Source of the DNA: an uncultured Poribacteria bacterium
GTDB lineage: Bacteria; Poribacteria; WGA-4E; WGA-3G
DNA: 64,000 bases
Assembly: GCA_958296135.2 (NCBI GenBank)
Contig: CATQHZ020000001.1
Location: 2,400,001 to 2,464,000, forward strand
Direction: 5' to 3'
A model generated the notes under the pieces. The model had not been told where the DNA came from. It ran no database searches and saw only the letters and a program-made list of their open reading frames with translations. Each line of letters begins with the position of its first letter. Within the stretch, counting starts at the first letter, position 1. Position numbers and translations under genes: made by a program. Positions 59,735 to 64,000 of the stretch are shown in pieces.

Positions 59735-60703
59735 TTATCCGAGCACGCCACGGAGCATCTCCACGCTTTGTGGCACTCCCGTGTACGCATCCGCCTTCCC
59801 TTCAAATTCAATGGATACATACCCCTGAAATCCTACCGACTTCAGAATCTGCCCAATTTTCGCATAATCCAGCTCCAATGTATACCATTCCCCGCCGCCG
59901 TAATAGGTCTTGGCGTGGACCAGCACCGCTTCAGGGGCGATCTGCGCTAGCTTTTCATACGGAACAGTAGGAGAGACCTCTAGTCCCGATGCACCCGTAG
60001 GAGAGACCTCCCGGTCTCGACTCCCTATAGGAGCAACCTCTAGTCCCGATGCACCCGTAGGAGAGACCTCCCGGTCTCGACTCCCTATAGGAGAAATCTC
60101 TGCGCTTGAATGCGAGAGAAAATTCCCACAATCCATCGTCACTTTCAACCACTCCGAGTCAATGGCAGACACGATGCGGTTCACACCTTCCGGCGTGCAT
60201 GTCAACCCCCAGTGGTTCTCCAAAGCGAGGATGACACCGTATTTCTCTGCATCCGGCAGGCACTCCTCAATAGCGGCGATGACCCAGGTGAACGCCTCAT
60301 CCTCGGTGTGCCCGGGGAGCGTCGGTTCCTGTCCCTCCATTTCCATCAATTCATCAAAAGAGCCAGTGGTGCCCCATCGCCCAGAATTGAGCCGAATCGC
60401 GGGGATGCCGAGTTCGTGCGCGAGTCGGATGCAGTGAACCGTGTGGTTGATGTTTTTTTGCCGTGTCTCCGCATCCGGCGAAACGAAGCCTTGATGAATG
60501 GAGAGCGCGTAGAGATCGAGCCCGTGAATGAAGGCGACCCGCTTCAGTTTCTGCAGATACGGATTCGCCTCAGATGCCATCTGTTGATGGAGGATTTCAA
60601 CGCCATCTAATTCCAGACGCGCGGCCTCCTCAATGACATGCTCAATCGGGACGCGCTCCGGGGTAAAATGCCAATATGAATACGTGGATACGCCGAGTTT
60701 CAT
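59735..60703 (-). CDS. Sugar phosphate isomerase/epimerase (TIM barrel) with an in-frame REP insertion
   Basis: LALENHWG, MDCGNF, VHAK and VSIEFEG. A repeat peptide lies between GNF and PYEKL. Confidence 0.9.
   Translation of the reverse strand: MKLGVSTYSYWHFTPERVPIEHVIEEAARLELDGVEILHQQMASEANPYLQKLKRVAFIHGLDLYALSIHQGFVSPDAETRQKNINHTVHCIRLAHELGIPAIRLNSGRWGTTGSFDELMEMEGQEPTLPGHTEDEAFTWVIAAIEECLPDAEKYGVILALENHWGLTCTPEGVNRIVSAIDSEWLKVTMDCGNFLSHSSAEISPIGSRDREVSPTGASGLEVAPIGSRDREVSPTGASGLEVSPTVPYEKLAQIAPEAVLVHAKTYYGGGEWYTLELDYAKIGQILKSVGFQGYVSIEFEGKADAYTGVPQSVEMLRGVLG
59967..60100. repeat. Intragenic 30-bp-period REP array (a 60-bp dimer repeated twice plus a partial unit)
   Basis: (G/A)TAG at 59967, 59997, 60027, 60057 and 60087. 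Confidence 0.9.
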
Positions 60704-60916
60704 CGATCACCTCTGATTGGTTATTGACATTATGATAACATAATTCGCGTTATGAAATCCACAGTTTTTTAGCACGTCCCATTTCCAAACAACCTCTCCG
60801 CACACCGTAGGGCGCGGGAACTTCCCTTCGTTTGGCCCTCGCCGTGCCCCGATTTCATAAAGAAAACCGCCGCGTGCCTCTATGACACACAGCGGTTTGG
60901 GAAAATAAATTGATTT

Positions 60917-61180
60917 CTACCTACCCTTTCTCTTCTTCCGTTTTTTTCGTTCCGATTGCTGAGTTTCTGCCTCTAGTTCCAATTCCCTGATTTCCTTTTT
61001 TGTCGCTAGTTCTAATTTTCTGATTTCACGCTTAAAGTGCCAGCCAAAACCAATACAAAATATGCCAAGTATCACTAAACCAATAAACACAACATTAAAG
61101 TCTGCCTTTTCAACAATTTTCAGCATTGCTAATGCTGTTCCAAGAAGCCTTTTTTTTGAAACCATTTTTCTAAAGTTCAT
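60917..61180 (-). CDS. Small basic single-TM protein in an AT-rich islet
   Basis: AGGAG SD, a TM helix and a Lys/Arg-rich tail. Confidence 0.5.
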   Translation of the reverse strand: MNFRKMVSKKRLLGTALAMLKIVEKADFNVVFIGLVILGIFCIGFGWHFKREIRKLELATKKEIRELELEAETQQSERKKRKKRKGR

Positions 61181-61685
61181 AATTTCTCCTTTTATTTTTT
61201 CTTATGTAGAGCCGAGTCTGCGCCTTGTCACTATTTATAATAAATTCTAAAGTTGTTTTAAACTTGCTGGTATGAAGTCCGTAGACTTTAATGTCAATCA
61301 TCGTAAATCCTCCTGATTACGTTATGCCAACTCTAATTTTGATACTATCTATGCATAGTGCTATGGAAAGAACGTCTTTTTAACATGTTTGACGAAAAAA
61401 GCGCGGATTAGTTTAAAGTTTTCATGAAATTCCCTCTTTTTTTCTCAGTAATACCAAATTATGTTGATTTATATCGTCTTTGTTATGTCCAATCCTCCTG
61501 CGTCAGTTATTTCGGAGGCGCGTCCAACCCCAATCGGTGCCCGAGCATTTTTCTTTTCACTTCAGGAAGGGACAGATATTGAAAGCTGTCCTTACGAACC
61601 GAAGAAACGCGACTTGCAGCGCGCCTACCGGCATTTTAAAAGAAAAAGGGCGGATATGGACATCCGCCCTTACACCATTCAAATC

Positions 61686-63164
61686 TTACTCAAAACCGCC
61701 AACCTTGGCAGCTTCAGGCGCCCGCGTCGGCAGCTCCTTCTTCGCTAATGTGTCTTCAGGCACATAGCCGGAGTAGTCTGAAATCTTGCCGTGCGTCAAC
61801 GCATACACAACAACGTTTGTCATGAAACGATACACACCCGGCGAATAGTGCACACTCCGCGTCGGAAGACTCACCGACTCCATCGCGCACATATAGTCAC
61901 GACGGACGACGATGACAGACAACTTCTCGCCGACAGAGATACCTTCAAGGTAGTTCCGTTTCGGCGGACGCGTCCCCCACCAGAAGATGTCAAAGCCTAC
62001 CGGCGGGCCACCCATTTCGTAGAAATTGTCGTAGACCTCGTGCTCATTGTCAATCCGCTCGATCTGGAATTCGGGCATGACGTAACGCATCTGTGCGAGG
62101 AAGAGACGAATCATCGCCTGCGCAGGCGCGTTCACCCCGCAGTCGTCAAAGACGAGGAATCCGCCTTTTTCAACGAGGTAGCGGCGCATGCCAGAGGCTT
62201 CAGTTTCGGTGAGACGGCTATCCATCTTACCACCGCCATACTGTCTGCCGAGCAGGTTACGGGACCGGACGAGTGAAGGATCGTGCCCTGTCATGAAGAC
62301 GAAGGGTGTTTTGAAGAGGTTCGCATCGGTGAGTTTCAATGCACCGCCTTCAACGTTCATGTCTGTCTTAATCTTCGTCCGCTCGTTGAGCCATTTCGTC
62401 AAGGCGTTCAGCGAGGATGCATCAGCCCACCAGTCAGAGAGGCTGTGACGGATGCGTGTGAACCGGAAGACACCACGAATGTCGCGGCCTTTACCGATGA
62501 CGCGGCCACCGGGTTCGCCTCTGGGCAGCGGCGGCACTTCAACGTTACCGAGGGTGATGTTTTCAACGACATCGCCGAGGGCATCGCGCGCCGCACCAAC
62601 GTGTTCAACCATCGCGAGGCCGGGCGGCCGTTCAAACGCCACCTTCACCTGCACTGCACCGCCTGCCACGCCGCGGCCGATGTTCGCCGGGCCAGCGGAA
62701 GGTGCTGTTGCAACGGGTGCAGAAAATGCCAGCGCGCCGGGCGCATCGGATACCGGCAGGTCTGTGTGTGTAACCACCTGCGGCACAGGCGCGTTCGGCG
62801 TGACAACCTTCGGCACGTTCGGGTTAATCGGCGCATCTACCTTCACCGCTTGGTTGGAAAATTCCAACACCGTCTGCGGTTGGAAGTTGGACTTTGCAAC
62901 AAACGCAGTAGTCACACGCGGCTGCACTTGGACTTGTTCAACGACAACAGTGTTCTGCGTCGGAACGGTCGGTTTGATAACAGGCTTGACAACGGGCTTA
63001 CGTACCTTCGGCTTCGGCGGTTCCTTCGGCTGAAGGACTTCGGCACCAACGAGGTCTTTGAATTGTTCCGTCTGGGTAACGAGATAGATACCCGCGATGA
63101 AAGCGATGACCACGTGTAGCACGACCGAAGTCATGAAGGCACCGGAAGTTCTTTTGGCACTCAT
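61686..63164 (-). CDS. DUF4159 domain protein with an N-terminal membrane anchor and Pro/Val-rich linker
   Basis: SVVLH anchor, PFVFMTGH, RRYLVEKGGFLVFDDC and NVVVYALTH. Confidence 0.85.
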   Translation of the reverse strand: MSAKRTSGAFMTSVVLHVVIAFIAGIYLVTQTEQFKDLVGAEVLQPKEPPKPKVRKPVVKPVIKPTVPTQNTVVVEQVQVQPRVTTAFVAKSNFQPQTVLEFSNQAVKVDAPINPNVPKVVTPNAPVPQVVTHTDLPVSDAPGALAFSAPVATAPSAGPANIGRGVAGGAVQVKVAFERPPGLAMVEHVGAARDALGDVVENITLGNVEVPPLPRGEPGGRVIGKGRDIRGVFRFTRIRHSLSDWWADASSLNALTKWLNERTKIKTDMNVEGGALKLTDANLFKTPFVFMTGHDPSLVRSRNLLGRQYGGGKMDSRLTETEASGMRRYLVEKGGFLVFDDCGVNAPAQAMIRLFLAQMRYVMPEFQIERIDNEHEVYDNFYEMGGPPVGFDIFWWGTRPPKRNYLEGISVGEKLSVIVVRRDYMCAMESVSLPTRSVHYSPGVYRFMTNVVVYALTHGKISDYSGYVPEDTLAKKELPTRAPEAAKVGGFE

Positions 63165-63514
63165 GTTTTTACCTCCAAGGGATAGTGGTTTCGCGGAACG
63201 TATCCGTGTAGGCGTGCTTTATAGGAGCGCGCCTGCCGCAACGCGCACTCAGCGCGCCTACGGGAGTCCGCGGAAATCCTTACACAAAAAATAAAATTGT
63301 TGATGCAAAGAGACTTGCAATTTCTATGCCAATCAATATGCAGGTATCGTGGCATCAAAACGGACAAAATTGCACGAAAAGGGGCAATTCTCTCTCCATG
63401 CTGCACAAAAAGGGGCAATGCCCGATTTATCCAGCAGTCGGCAGATGCCCTGGACAGCAGACCGCGGCGCGTCGGGGTGGATAAATCCACCCTGACGAAA
63501 CACCGAGAAGGCTG

Positions 63515-64000
63515 TTACGGCGCCTTATCCGCCGATGTGGAGAAGAATTTATCGATACGCGGCTTCTGTTTCTTCCAGCTGAAGATAGTCAGATTGTTCT
63601 GCGTGGCGCTATCTAGTTGCTGAATCAACCACTCATCGCCTTTCTTCACCAGATAGAGGTGCGTCTCGCCCGGATACGCGCCTTTGTAGCAGTTGTAGCC
63701 GACTGCGCTAGCCTCCTTCCGGCGAATCCAGAAGTCGGTTAACTGGGGGGACGTGCCCCATTTGGCACCTTTCGTCCCGATACCAATCCACAATCCTTCG
63801 ATACCGATTTTGACATCGTTCCAGCCTTCAGCAACGGGAACCGGTTCGTTTCCCGCGAAGATAGTGCCGAAAACAATGGAACCGGTATCAAAAGTCTCGG
63901 CGATTGCCCTAATGTCGTTATCGTTAAATGCCTCATAGAAGGCAGTGAAAACCTTTTGAATCGCGGCTTTCTCCACCTCAAAATCGATAGGCCTACTCGC
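63515..64000 (-). CDS. Partial protein ending in an NTF2/SnoaL-like domain; 5' end lies outside the window
   Basis: EKAAIQKVFTAFYEAFN...YLVKKGDEWLIQQLD. Confidence 0.6.
   Translation of the reverse strand, partial: ASRPIDFEVEKAAIQKVFTAFYEAFNDNDIRAIAETFDTGSIVFGTIFAGNEPVPVAEGWNDVKIGIEGLWIGIGTKGAKWGTSPQLTDFWIRRKEASAVGYNCYKGAYPGETHLYLVKKGDEWLIQQLDSATQNNLTIFSWKKQKPRIDKFFSTSADKAP

Noticed and set aside
59520-60100. Possible CRISPR array (~30-bp palindromic units)
   Set aside because: No spacer-length unique sequence; the same unit is dispersed singly across the window as a REP.
1-64000. tRNA, rRNA, intact transposase or prophage genes
   Set aside because: None recognised by eye; tRNAscan or Rfam would be needed to exclude small RNAs.

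Overview
Bacterial chromosomal window, probably from a sponge-associated Candidatus Poribacteria genome. This is an inference from the WD40, FG-GAP, TPR and PhyH expansions, the 'NYPNPFNPETWIPYQLA' C-terminal domains and the dense GTAG-type REP elements. Housekeeping genes include argB, a three-gene Sdh/Frd cluster, rho-rpmE-prfA-prmC, pheA-queG, a UPF0182 protein and an Omp85-domain operon. The main unexplained features are: (1) an 81-codon DUF5069-like gene missing from the ORF track, with an in-frame UGA at the family's Cys position and a SECIS-like hairpin (candidate selenoprotein, 47341-47586); (2) a cholera/heat-labile-enterotoxin-like ADP-ribosyltransferase plus a small partner gene, with their own promoter, inside the succinate dehydrogenase operon (19823-20882); (3) a ~5 kb array of three cassettes, each with the same promoter and a membrane-anchored 'GHWHxxEWH' protein with a swapped C-terminus, each coupled to a different secreted protein, lying between two halves of a broken UPF0175/DUF3368 pair (120-5430); (4) REP palindromes translated in frame inside several genes and supplying stop codons; (5) an Rpn nuclease with an internal ribosome-binding site. 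All family assignments are motif recognition by eye; no database searches were run.
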